A model generated the notes under the pieces. The model searched no databases. It saw nothing but the letters and a program-made list of their open reading frames with translations, and was not told where the DNA came from. 64,000 nucleotides of DNA from a virus: the IMG/VR virus record IMGVR_UViG_3300045988_107814, positions 32,001 to 96,000 of that record, one strand, 5' to 3'. Within the stretch, counting starts at the first letter, position 1. Each line of letters starts with the position of its first letter. Both the position numbers and the translations under genes were made by a program. Of this stretch, positions 45,026 through 54,408 are shown one piece after another.

Positions 45026-47104
45026 ATGCCAGTAATCGGTGAAGTAGCAAGCCGTAAGCCTGGTTCGTCTGGTTATTCCCATGACCCAATGGCTGGTTTT
45101 GCTAAAGAATTTTTAAATTTGTCTAATTCTATTCTAGAAGAGGCTAGACTAGATTTATATGAAGATACATCTAAGGTTTTAAGAACTAATGTTACAGATG
45201 AAACTATGAAGTCTTTCTTCATGGAAAATTCTGCTGACCCCGCAGGTATGACTACTGAGGAATATGAAGACCATATGGCTATGATGGAACAGGCTTATGA
45301 AAATGATAAGGAAGCCGTTCTTGAACATTGTGGTATGGGTCAATATAACCCAGTTGTAGGTATGACATTCCCGATTCATAAGAATATTATGCTTAACAAT
45401 ATCTTTGATAAGGGTGCTATTCCTAAGTTTGTAGCAACTTCTCCTAAGTTCACAGTTTCTATGGAAACAAGATGGTTGATTGATCCTGAAACTGGTGAGA
45501 AGATCGATATGTGGAAAGAACAATACAAGATGACTGATGCTATTGATAAGGCAGCACCAATGAAGTCTATGTATCTTCCACTCCCAGAAGCTGAGAATAC
45601 TAACATCCTGACAACTCTATTTGGTGTTCCTGAGGATCAGAATAATAACCTTTCTATTGAATCTTATATTTCTGGTCTAGTTGGTAGCCGTGTTGTATAT
45701 CCAGGTCAGACTGTAAATGCTTCTGTTGAAATTACAGATACCACTGATAATACTAAGACTTATCGTATTATTAAGTATACTAATACTACAACTGCCGCTG
45801 TTCTATTAGGTTCTGAATTAGCTGCTACTCCTGTTACAAAGCCTACTGACTTTGATAGTCAGCGTGATAAGCAGTTAGTTGATGAAAAAGGTCAGCCTAT
45901 TGTTGATGGTACTAAAGTAACTGCTAAGGTTGCTGGTGCTGTATTTGATTGGAGAGGTTCGTTTGTTCCAGCTTATGGCGGTTATGATCGTCAGATTTGT
46001 GAACAGTTTGCACTTCCTATGCCTTCTAAGGTAGAACCTGGTACTCTTCCTGGTACTACTAAGCTTACAGTTACTCTTGCAGATGGCACTACTGTTACAA
46101 TCGATAATACCACTAGTGAAGATTCTATTCCTGGTAATTACAGAACTGTAGGTTTTGTATCTGGTTTCTCTAAGGATAATCGTTTTGGTATTACATCTTC
46201 TAACGCTAATGTAGCAGGTGTAATTCTTACTTCCAGAATTGATACTTCTTCTGCTATGCTTAAGACAGCTTCTGTTTCTTGGAGTGTTCGTACTGATATT
46301 ATCGAAATTCCTAACCGAGTTCCGATTAATGTAACTATCAGCCCTGAAGAAGTTAAGGATATCGCAGCTCTGTATCAGATTAACCAGCTTACTAAGGTTA
46401 TGTCTCTGATGAAGATTTCTCTTGGTAACTATAAGGATGATCATATCAGACGTGAACTTGATGAAAGTTTCTTAACTATGCCTGATGATTCTAAGATTGC
46501 TCGTCAGTTTGACTTTGCTCCAACACAGTCTTATGCACTAGATCCAATCGAGTGGCGTCATAAGACATTTATGGATAGCTTAGATACTCATGCTACTCAG
46601 CTTCTCCATGTATTGAATGATCCTAACGTTACATTCAATATTATTGGTCGTGATGATCTTATCCGTAAGATTACTCCTACAGATTACACATATCAGTCTC
46701 CTTCTAGCATTGGTCCTGTTCAGCTAGACTTTGTAAAGACTGTTGTTACATCTGATAAGAGAACATATCAGTTCATTAGCTCTGACAAGCTTCGTGATTC
46801 TAACAACTTAATGATTATTGTTTGCCCAAGAAACTCTGAGAGATTCATTTATCGTATTTATGATTATCAGATGTACTTAAGCAACGAAATCAGAAATATT
46901 ACTAACCCTGCACTTCCAGCTGTTCATGCGTTCGAGCGTTGGGTAATGAAGGATTACCAGCCAGTTCAGGGACGTATTCGTATCCTCAATCCTACTGGTT
47001 TACGTAACTACGGTACTGATTATGCATTCAGCAATGATCCTACTGGTCGTGGTGACGGTATGAAGAGCATTGGTAAGAATGATTTCAACATTGATGCTAT
47101 CTAA
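45026..47104 (+). CDS. putative major capsid protein
   Basis: 692 aa, a size typical of jumbo-phage MCP precursors. It has a strong SD, distinct high-expression codon usage (ggt, cgt, ctt, tct) and the strongest terminator in the window right after it, and it follows a scaffold-like gene. No direct motif proof. Confidence 0.55.
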   Translation: MPVIGEVASRKPGSSGYSHDPMAGFAKEFLNLSNSILEEARLDLYEDTSKVLRTNVTDETMKSFFMENSADPAGMTTEEYEDHMAMMEQAYENDKEAVLEHCGMGQYNPVVGMTFPIHKNIMLNNIFDKGAIPKFVATSPKFTVSMETRWLIDPETGEKIDMWKEQYKMTDAIDKAAPMKSMYLPLPEAENTNILTTLFGVPEDQNNNLSIESYISGLVGSRVVYPGQTVNASVEITDTTDNTKTYRIIKYTNTTTAAVLLGSELAATPVTKPTDFDSQRDKQLVDEKGQPIVDGTKVTAKVAGAVFDWRGSFVPAYGGYDRQICEQFALPMPSKVEPGTLPGTTKLTVTLADGTTVTIDNTTSEDSIPGNYRTVGFVSGFSKDNRFGITSSNANVAGVILTSRIDTSSAMLKTASVSWSVRTDIIEIPNRVPINVTISPEEVKDIAALYQINQLTKVMSLMKISLGNYKDDHIRRELDESFLTMPDDSKIARQFDFAPTQSYALDPIEWRHKTFMDSLDTHATQLLHVLNDPNVTFNIIGRDDLIRKITPTDYTYQSPSSIGPVQLDFVKTVVTSDKRTYQFISSDKLRDSNNLMIIVCPRNSERFIYRIYDYQMYLSNEIRNITNPALPAVHAFERWVMKDYQPVQGRIRILNPTGLRNYGTDYAFSNDPTGRGDGMKSIGKNDFNIDAI

Positions 47105-47134
47105 GTAATTATTTCATATTAATTCAGTCTTTCA

Positions 47135-47171
47135 TCGCCTAGTGTCTTGGTTAGGCACTAGGCGATTTTTA
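47135..47171 (+). terminator. intrinsic terminator after the capsid gene
   Basis: 10-bp GC-rich stem TCGCCTAGTG/CACTAGGCGA followed by TTTTTAT. Confidence 0.75.
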
Positions 47172-47193
47172 TATTGAAAGGAGGATATCAAAT

Positions 47194-48402
47194 ATGATTA
47201 GACAGATCAGATATGATTTTGATGATCTAGAAATGGCTTGTGCTGAGATCATCGATTCTGATGGTAAAAGAGGTCTAACCAATCTAAAAAAAGAATTAAA
47301 TAGATTCTTTAAAGATTCTAATTGTAAGGAAATTCTGTTTACTAAATCTGATACATTATTTTTTGGTATGTGTGTATATCCTCAAGTTACTAAAGAACTT
47401 GTAGTAGAGATTTTACAAGATGATAAAAATGTAAGATTCAAGGAATATAGTATCGAAATTGATTCTAAGATTCTTAACCCTATGCTTGGTATAACTCCTA
47501 GAGAATTACTTGCTATGGTGCTGCATGAAGTAGGTCATATTGTAAATGATAATGGTCCTGTGGATGAAGTTAGAAAAGTTATTGCATTGCAACTTACCAA
47601 GAACGGTGATTCATTAAATATTCCAAAGACTGCACAATACTATACCATCATTAGTTATGGTATTAAAGATACTGTAAGAAAACTAACATCTATGTTATTT
47701 GTATATAGAGATGGTGAAGTTCTTGCAGATGAGTTCGTTCATATGTGCGGATATGGCGAAGATCTAAACTCTATATTTGATAAGATTTGTAAATCTGGTA
47801 TGAAGATTAATGATAGAACAGCAAATAAACTAACTGCATTAGCATGGGTATTAGCTGTATATAAAGAAATTAAGATTAAGAGAATCCCAGCATTAAAATT
47901 ACTAGAGAAAATGCATAGTATTTCTGGATCTCAATTAGAGAAACGAGAAATGGAAATTATGACAAATGCCATTAAAACAATTGATGATTCTAGTGTTAAT
48001 GAATGCTGTGATTATACAAATACAGAATTGTACTGTGTGTTTAATGAATCTAAAACAGAAATTAAACAGAGTAAATATGCTCAATTAAGAAAAGAATCTG
48101 CTATAAAAAATATAAGAAAGTTTGAACAAGACTTATATGAATATAAAATGCGTATTCGTCATGTAGTAGATGAAGATGATGCATATTATCTAATGCGTAT
48201 GATCAATACTCGTATTTCTGTTATTGAGGATTTTCTTGATCATGAACGTTTAACTGAACAAGAACATAAACGTTGGTGGGGATTATTAGAAAGGTATTAT
48301 TCTTTACGTGAAGAACTTGCTAATCATACTACATATAAGTATGATTATAGTGGTAGTACAATTGTTGTTAATTATCCAGATATTAAACCTGGACGTATGT
48401 AA
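47194..48402 (+). CDS. putative zinc metallopeptidase (HExxH)
   Basis: LLAMVLHEVGHIVND at about aa 105-119. Otherwise unrecognised. Confidence 0.4.
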   Translation: MIRQIRYDFDDLEMACAEIIDSDGKRGLTNLKKELNRFFKDSNCKEILFTKSDTLFFGMCVYPQVTKELVVEILQDDKNVRFKEYSIEIDSKILNPMLGITPRELLAMVLHEVGHIVNDNGPVDEVRKVIALQLTKNGDSLNIPKTAQYYTIISYGIKDTVRKLTSMLFVYRDGEVLADEFVHMCGYGEDLNSIFDKICKSGMKINDRTANKLTALAWVLAVYKEIKIKRIPALKLLEKMHSISGSQLEKREMEIMTNAIKTIDDSSVNECCDYTNTELYCVFNESKTEIKQSKYAQLRKESAIKNIRKFEQDLYEYKMRIRHVVDEDDAYYLMRMINTRISVIEDFLDHERLTEQEHKRWWGLLERYYSLREELANHTTYKYDYSGSTIVVNYPDIKPGRM

Positions 48403-48447
48403 CAAAAAAAAATAACCGCATCATAAGACACGGCTATAAACAATATC

Positions 48448-48479
48448 GACACTGGAGAAATCCAGTGTCTATTGTTTTT
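48448..48479. terminator. bidirectional terminator between convergent genes
   Basis: Stem GACACTGGA/TCCAGTGTC with a GAAA loop, followed by TATTGTTTTT. Confidence 0.65.
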
Positions 48480-48966
48480 ACACAACAGGATTAACACCCA
48501 TAGAACTAACTTGCTCTCTAAGCTGTTGATTCTGTGCTGCAAGTACATTATTCTGTTGCAATAAACTATTTACATCAATAAATAATCCTTGCTGTTGTAC
48601 TTTGCTAATGTCATTATCAATTAAAGACATAATTTTATCTTTAATTTGCTCTTCATTTGTAAGGTTATACGTAAGAGCAATTTGACCTAAAGCTGCGTAA
48701 ATAGGACTTTTCTTATCTGCATCTGTTTCAATATCACTTAATACAGATTTTACAATGCTAAGATCATGCATAAAGTCATTAAAACTTTCCTTTTCATACA
48801 TGAATTTATTAATAGCACAAATTGAATCTCCGTTTTTTTCATCTGTTTTCCATTCTGTAATAATATCAGATAAAATATTATCATTATTACAACGTGATAT
48901 AGCATTTGCAAACATCTCGATTCCATTTACAACGCTAGCTTTAAAGTTTGGTGTCATCATACCCAT
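48478..48966 (-). CDS. hypothetical protein
   Basis: Trimmed to the ATG at 48966 (MGMMTPN), preceded by AGGAGGAAATAAA. Confidence 0.7.
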   Translation of the reverse strand: MGMMTPNFKASVVNGIEMFANAISRCNNDNILSDIITEWKTDEKNGDSICAINKFMYEKESFNDFMHDLSIVKSVLSDIETDADKKSPIYAALGQIALTYNLTNEEQIKDKIMSLIDNDISKVQQQGLFIDVNSLLQQNNVLAAQNQQLREQVSSMGVNPVV

Positions 48967-49059
48967 TTTATTTCCTCCTAATGACAAAATATATTTGAGG
49001 ATGACAATCGAGTCATCCTCTTCTTACACCTTAATATTATATAATACAATTATTGTTTA

Positions 49060-49770
49060 CTAATCAAAAATCGACTTATTGTTTCTGCCATTAAATGTTC
49101 TTCCAGTAGATCCAGATGCTGTACTTGAATCTGTTAATTTTGGTTGATTTCTAGTGCTATTGTCTGTGCTATAATCAACTCTATTAACAGGATTATCTCT
49201 TAACATCATAAATGTTAATGCAGTGTTTGCATAATTTAACATATCTAATCTAGATAAAGAATAGTATAATCCATTAAATGTGTCTACTGATATTTGTACA
49301 GGATCTGGTGTGTTGAGATATAAGTTTAAACACATACAATCTCCACCTTCTTTTTTGAAGATACCAGGAGATATCTTTATAACCATATCTAATGGAAGTT
49401 TTAATATAAAACTTTCATCTGTTGTTATAACAAGACTATTATCAAGATATGCATAAATATGATTAGCTCCCATTTCAAACCATGTTTTCTTTGCCTTATC
49501 AAACATGTCTAAAAGTGCAAACATATTTTCTGGATAAATATAGAGCTTTATAGGTTTAATACTTTTTCTTCTATCGTCAATATAAAGGTAATAGCTCAGA
49601 TTACGTTTTATCATAGTATTACAAGATTCTGAATCGTTTAATTTAAATTCTGTACAATTGGAATAAACTCTGTCATTTGATTTGAATGAGGCTACTGTAT
49701 GAAAGAATACTTTAACATCTTCATTCAATACATATATTACATCATTCATATACATATAATCTGTTTGCAT
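49060..49770 (-). CDS. hypothetical protein
   Basis: 236-aa ORF downstream of the helicase in the same block. Confidence 0.7.
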   Translation of the reverse strand: MQTDYMYMNDVIYVLNEDVKVFFHTVASFKSNDRVYSNCTEFKLNDSESCNTMIKRNLSYYLYIDDRRKSIKPIKLYIYPENMFALLDMFDKAKKTWFEMGANHIYAYLDNSLVITTDESFILKLPLDMVIKISPGIFKKEGGDCMCLNLYLNTPDPVQISVDTFNGLYYSLSRLDMLNYANTALTFMMLRDNPVNRVDYSTDNSTRNQPKLTDSSTASGSTGRTFNGRNNKSIFD

Positions 49771-49800
49771 ATTACCACCACCTCTCCACAGTAATAAAGA

Positions 49801-51351
49801 CTACCACCATGCTTTATTACCATTATCATCTAATCTTTCAAATGGCATACCACCATATTTTATTAGTCTGTTGTGCATTACGTTAAATGCAGTATTTTTG
49901 AGTTGCTTGTTTGTAAATCTTATTTCCTTTGTATCGAGTGCATATTTATCATACATTGGAAGTGCGTTTTTATAATAATTATAAATAGGCTTTACAGAGA
50001 TATCTACTAGATCTATATAGAATGAATTATATTTTCTTGTCCTACCAAATCTCTGTTGATTCTGCGGTAACGATTTTGTAGGTTCAGCCATATTTATACA
50101 TACCATAAGATCATCAATATCCAAACAAGCCCCAGCAGATTTAGACGTTGTTAATATGAGTGTATTATTCTTTGCAGATGCTTTGTCTGGATTAATAGAC
50201 GTATAGATTCCAATATCATTAGCATACTCAGAATAGTTATATCTTAACCAATTATAAAAGAATACTATTGAATTATTGGTAGAAAAGAATAATAACTTCT
50301 TTCCTGGAATCTTACTAATCATATCCATAACAATTCTTGAAATATAGTCAAAGTTTTGTTTCAAGATAACAATATCATTATATGTCATCTTATTAAAACC
50401 ATGATTGCTAAAACAAGGTAACATCTCTTGTTCAGTCACACCACTCTTATAAAGCAATGCAATATAATGAGTATGAGGATCTGATTCAGGATCAAATAAC
50501 GATAGAGTTGGAACATTTCTAAAGTAATTCTGATATACTCTATCTTGATTAGAATCTCCTCTAGATGGTGTTGCTGATAGATATAATGTCTTATATACTG
50601 GAGAAGCATAATCTATATTGCATATATTATCAAAATTAAGATGTGCTTCATCTATTATCTTAAGACCGATACCAAGTTTATTAAACAATACATCTATAGA
50701 TTCCCAACCATTATTCTTTGCATATGAAAGAATAGTATCATGTGTTATAGTGTATACTTTATACTTATCTGGATTGAAATTACTTTTAATAATTTTATTC
50801 ATCATAATAGATCCTGATATAAACATCAACTCAGATGGAATAAGATTAGTATGCTGAAGATATGCATCTTTCCATTGATTAAGCCAATCTACAGAATTAG
50901 TAATAATAACTGTTTTTACATTCAACAATGCAGAGTAAACTATACCTAAATATGTTTTACCTGCACCTGTATTCAATGCCAAAAACAATTGATCATATTT
51001 TTTAGTATAACTATATTCGCCTTTACCAGAAAGAAACTTAAGTGCTAACTCTTGTTTCTCATCTTTAGGTGGAAACTTGATTAATATCTGATTTGTATTG
51101 AGCCTCGGTTTATTATAGGTGTTTTCATAAAATGCATAACAACCTACAATACGTTCTATAAATGGTATATCAACACCTCTTGGAATTGTATATGTTTTAT
51201 TTACTCTATCATAAACAACTCCAATAGATTTGAATGAGAATGTTGTCTTATCATAAATATCAAATAGTTTCTCTAACTCAGGTATATCACCAATATTATA
51301 ATTATTAATCACTATCTTATTATGATAAACAACTAACTTTCTGTTGTCCAT
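49801..51351 (-). CDS. SF2 DEAD/DEAH-box helicase
   Basis: Motif I LNTGAGKTY, motif II IIDEAH, motif III LSATPSR, motif VI QQRFGRTRK. Confidence 0.8.
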   Translation of the reverse strand: MDNRKLVVYHNKIVINNYNIGDIPELEKLFDIYDKTTFSFKSIGVVYDRVNKTYTIPRGVDIPFIERIVGCYAFYENTYNKPRLNTNQILIKFPPKDEKQELALKFLSGKGEYSYTKKYDQLFLALNTGAGKTYLGIVYSALLNVKTVIITNSVDWLNQWKDAYLQHTNLIPSELMFISGSIMMNKIIKSNFNPDKYKVYTITHDTILSYAKNNGWESIDVLFNKLGIGLKIIDEAHLNFDNICNIDYASPVYKTLYLSATPSRGDSNQDRVYQNYFRNVPTLSLFDPESDPHTHYIALLYKSGVTEQEMLPCFSNHGFNKMTYNDIVILKQNFDYISRIVMDMISKIPGKKLLFFSTNNSIVFFYNWLRYNYSEYANDIGIYTSINPDKASAKNNTLILTTSKSAGACLDIDDLMVCINMAEPTKSLPQNQQRFGRTRKYNSFYIDLVDISVKPIYNYYKNALPMYDKYALDTKEIRFTNKQLKNTAFNVMHNRLIKYGGMPFERLDDNGNKAWW

Positions 51352-51365
51352 TACAATTCACCTCT

Positions 51366-51401
51366 CAAAATAAAAAGGAACTACTCAAACAGAGTAGTTC
51401 C
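51366..51401 (-). terminator. intrinsic terminator after the beta-prime C-part gene
   Basis: 10-bp stem GGAACTACTC/GAGTAGTTCC, followed on the minus strand by TTTTTATTTTG. Confidence 0.65.
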
Positions 51402-51414
51402 CAAGTTTTACCGA

Positions 51415-53637
51415 TTAACCCATGAAAGTAAACAGTTCATTAGGCTTTCCTTCATTTTCCACAACCGGATTTTCTGCAAGGAATTTCTGAGGCTGAACCA
51501 TATAAAGAAGATCGTATCCAGACGGTTCACTCTTCTTATAGCTTAACGGGTTATAAAGCATTCTTGCAATATCCTGAGACTGAAGAGCTACAGAAATACT
51601 CGGATGAGTTTGAATAGCTTTCTTCAATGTCAGAATTGTATAATTCTGCTGATTAGGAACTGACCAGTCTGGAACGTCAATAATATTTTCAGCAGAACGA
51701 ATCTGATTCATAATGATAATCTCAAGATGAACACTCATAATTCCATCAAGACCAATGTTGTTAAGCTTATCACTCAACGCTTCAAGGAATGTCTCTGCTG
51801 TATAGCTATCTGTATTTGACTTTCTATCGATAACTCTAATAACAGATTCAAGTCTCTCAGACATATCATCATTATGAATACTTTCAAGATCAAACAAAGG
51901 ATAATCTTCACCGATAAGATTGTTTACTGGAATAGTAATATCTTCATCAACATCATTAATATTCTTGAGTTTAAGATACTCAATAAGCCATTCGCTTAAT
52001 TGGAAATTATCCAAGTTAGTAGACTTGATAGGATATTCCATACCAGTAGATTCATTTCTGAGATAAAATACATTTACATATTTAATAATCTCATCAAATG
52101 TTGCATCAATATCGTCATCATCAGATTCATCACTTTCGATAGCAGCAAACACTTCTTCTTGAATGTCACCATCTTTAATAATGAATTTCCATTTCTTAGC
52201 ATCTTCAAATTCTGGATTAATATAGATAGTACCATTATCAACTACAATAAGCTGTTCAAGTTGTTCCTTAGTAAGCATACTAGTATCAAATGTCAACTCA
52301 TCAATCTTTGCTTCGAGAAGATGTTTTGCAGACAACATCATCTGAGTCAACGGTTCTGTCAGATTTGTTACACTATAAATTCCAATATTTACAGCAGGAA
52401 TAATATTGTATAACTCACCCATACACTTTCTACAAACACCTCTACCCTCTGCGGCAGATCTACATTTGATTGGGCTTCTTAAATAGATTTCCTTTCCAAT
52501 AAGATTAGAATTAACTTTAGTGATATTATAAACATCACTAGTTCTATATTCCATTCCCATTGGGTCCAGTCTGTAATATCTATCGGCAATCTTCTTTAAT
52601 GCTACCTCATCAGTAACTTTGTACTTCAAGAAATTACGAGTACCACAATCATATCCAGGATCAATCTTATTTGTATATGGGATAGTATACTTCTTCGTTC
52701 TAGAACAATTAAGAATCATAATTCTACTAAACTGACCAGAACGAGCAGTATTTTTCTTTGACAGAATCTGTGCAATTCTTGCAATCAAAGACTCAAGAAT
52801 ATGAAATGCAACATTAGTAGCACCACCACTAATATAATTAGTGTTTACTACATAAGGGAAAATACCACCCTCGCCATTAGGCTTGACACCAATATTGATA
52901 TACATTTCACGAGCCTGTTTAGGTTTAATACCTTCTTTTGCTCTAAATGCATCAGATAAGCAATGATCTCTACCAATATATTTCTTAGCATTTACAATAT
53001 AATCGATAAGACGATTCATATCTTTTAATGCTTCTGCATTCATCTGCTCAGGTGGGAACTGAGAATAATAGTTGGTCTTATGTCTGTCCATAATTTCTTT
53101 AAAACCAGGGCAGTTATTATACATAAGAATAAAGTCTTCGTTGTTGATAGAATTGTTAAAGAACCACGCAAACTTATCAACAAACTTAAGATTCCTCAGA
53201 GTATCATAGATAATTCTATTAAGATTATGAATAATCATAATATCACTATCATTACCACATCTTTCTCTTGTAGGAATAATAGCAAATCTATCAATATACT
53301 TCTTGATATAGCCGTTGGTAATACCGTCCTTATTAAAGAATACATGATACGGTTTAATTGTTTGACCAGTTTTAATAATAAACTGCCAAACAATGATGTT
53401 GATAAGAGAATAAGACAACGGCAATCTTACTCTCATATTATTATCGAAAACGAATTCAATTTTTGTATTCTGAATTGCCTGAATTTCAATATAATCCAAG
53501 AATACATTTTTCAAATCATTAACATAATCATCAATGTTAGATTCATTGATATCACTTGTTCTAATGGTAACAGAATTACCATTAATCACTGGTGTAAAAA
53601 CACCATAATCATAAATTTGGGCAACGTTAGTGTTCAT
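51415..53637 (-). CDS. phage multisubunit RNA polymerase, beta-prime C-terminal-half homolog
   Basis: [24 protein letters not shown] matches bacterial [38 protein letters not shown] matches AAQSIGEPGTQLTMRTFH (trigger loop region). Confidence 0.75.
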   Translation of the reverse strand: [740 protein letters not shown]

Positions 53638-53717
53638 TATAAATTCCTCCTAAAACTATTGTTATGTAATAGTTTTTGACAAAGTCATTTCCTATTACAT
53701 GTTAATAATATACTAAT

Positions 53718-53757
53718 AAGAAAAAAATTAGTCAGTAGCTTAATCGCTACTGACTAA
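53718..53757 (-). terminator. intrinsic terminator after 53779..54237
   Basis: 12-bp stem TTAGTCAGTAGC/GCTACTGACTAA, followed on the minus strand by TTTTTTTCTTATT. Confidence 0.7.
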
Positions 53758-53778
53758 CCAAATCACATTATAATATAA

Positions 53779-54237
53779 TTAGTGACGAGTCTTGCTCATT
53801 TCCTTTGGTTGCAACTTAGGAGTATTGATATGCTTTTGGCCTTGACCAGAAACATACATACGCTGACCCTGGCGAGCTACAGTCTTAGCTTTGTTAGCAT
53901 ACTTCTTCTTAATAGCAGCTAAAAGCTTACGTTCCTGAATACGATTCTTTACAAGCTTCTTCCAAAGATTATCATTATTATCCTTGGCCAACTGTAAAGC
54001 AGCCATGCCTGTACGACGAGTCAAATCATCATTCTTATTTAAACGAACAATTGTCTTACGACTAATTTTCTTAGCTTCCTGAAGTACATCTGCATTTTCA
54101 AGAAGTTCACGCTTTTCTTCATCAGAATCAGAATAATGATCATCATAGAAGAAAGCTTCCTGAAGTTCATCCATATTTAAATACATCTGAACTTCTCTTG
54201 TGTCTTGAGCTAACTGCTCATTAGTATAAAGTCCCAT
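53779..54237 (-). CDS. basic hypothetical protein
   Basis: Trimmed to the ATG at 54237 (MGLYTNEQ), preceded by AAGGAGG. Confidence 0.7.
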   Translation of the reverse strand: MGLYTNEQLAQDTREVQMYLNMDELQEAFFYDDHYSDSDEEKRELLENADVLQEAKKISRKTIVRLNKNDDLTRRTGMAALQLAKDNNDNLWKKLVKNRIQERKLLAAIKKKYANKAKTVARQGQRMYVSGQGQKHINTPKLQPKEMSKTRH

Positions 54238-54309
54238 AGGATTAATCCTCCTTAATAAAATAAAATTTAATTGCAATTAAAAATATTTCGCATACTAATA
54301 CCAGTCTTT

Positions 54310-54323
54310 TTTATATAATTGTT
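54310..54323 (-). promoter_or_regulatory. AACA-N6-TAAA candidate phage promoter (variant)
   Basis: Minus strand reads AACAATTATATAAA. It sits back-to-back with the plus-strand site at 54343. Confidence 0.3.
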
Positions 54324-54342
54324 ATGATTTTAAAGTACGAAT

Positions 54343-54356
54343 AACAATTTGATAAT
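54343..54356 (+). promoter_or_regulatory. AACA-N6-TAAT candidate phage promoter
   Basis: AACAATTTGATAAT, 53 nt before the ATG at 54409. Confidence 0.4.
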
Positions 54357-54408
54357 AGATTATAATTATACGTAATAGGTAGTCTGACGAAAATTTGGAG
54401 GTTTTAGT

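Noticed and set aside
45179-46444. Minus-strand ORFs inside the capsid gene (45179..45523, 45376..45606, 45875..46444) and similar ones inside the sheath, PolB and giant genes (for example 55336..55977, 60691..60960, 61717..61989).
   Set aside because: They are antisense to long, well-supported genes, lack SD sequences, and have odd composition.
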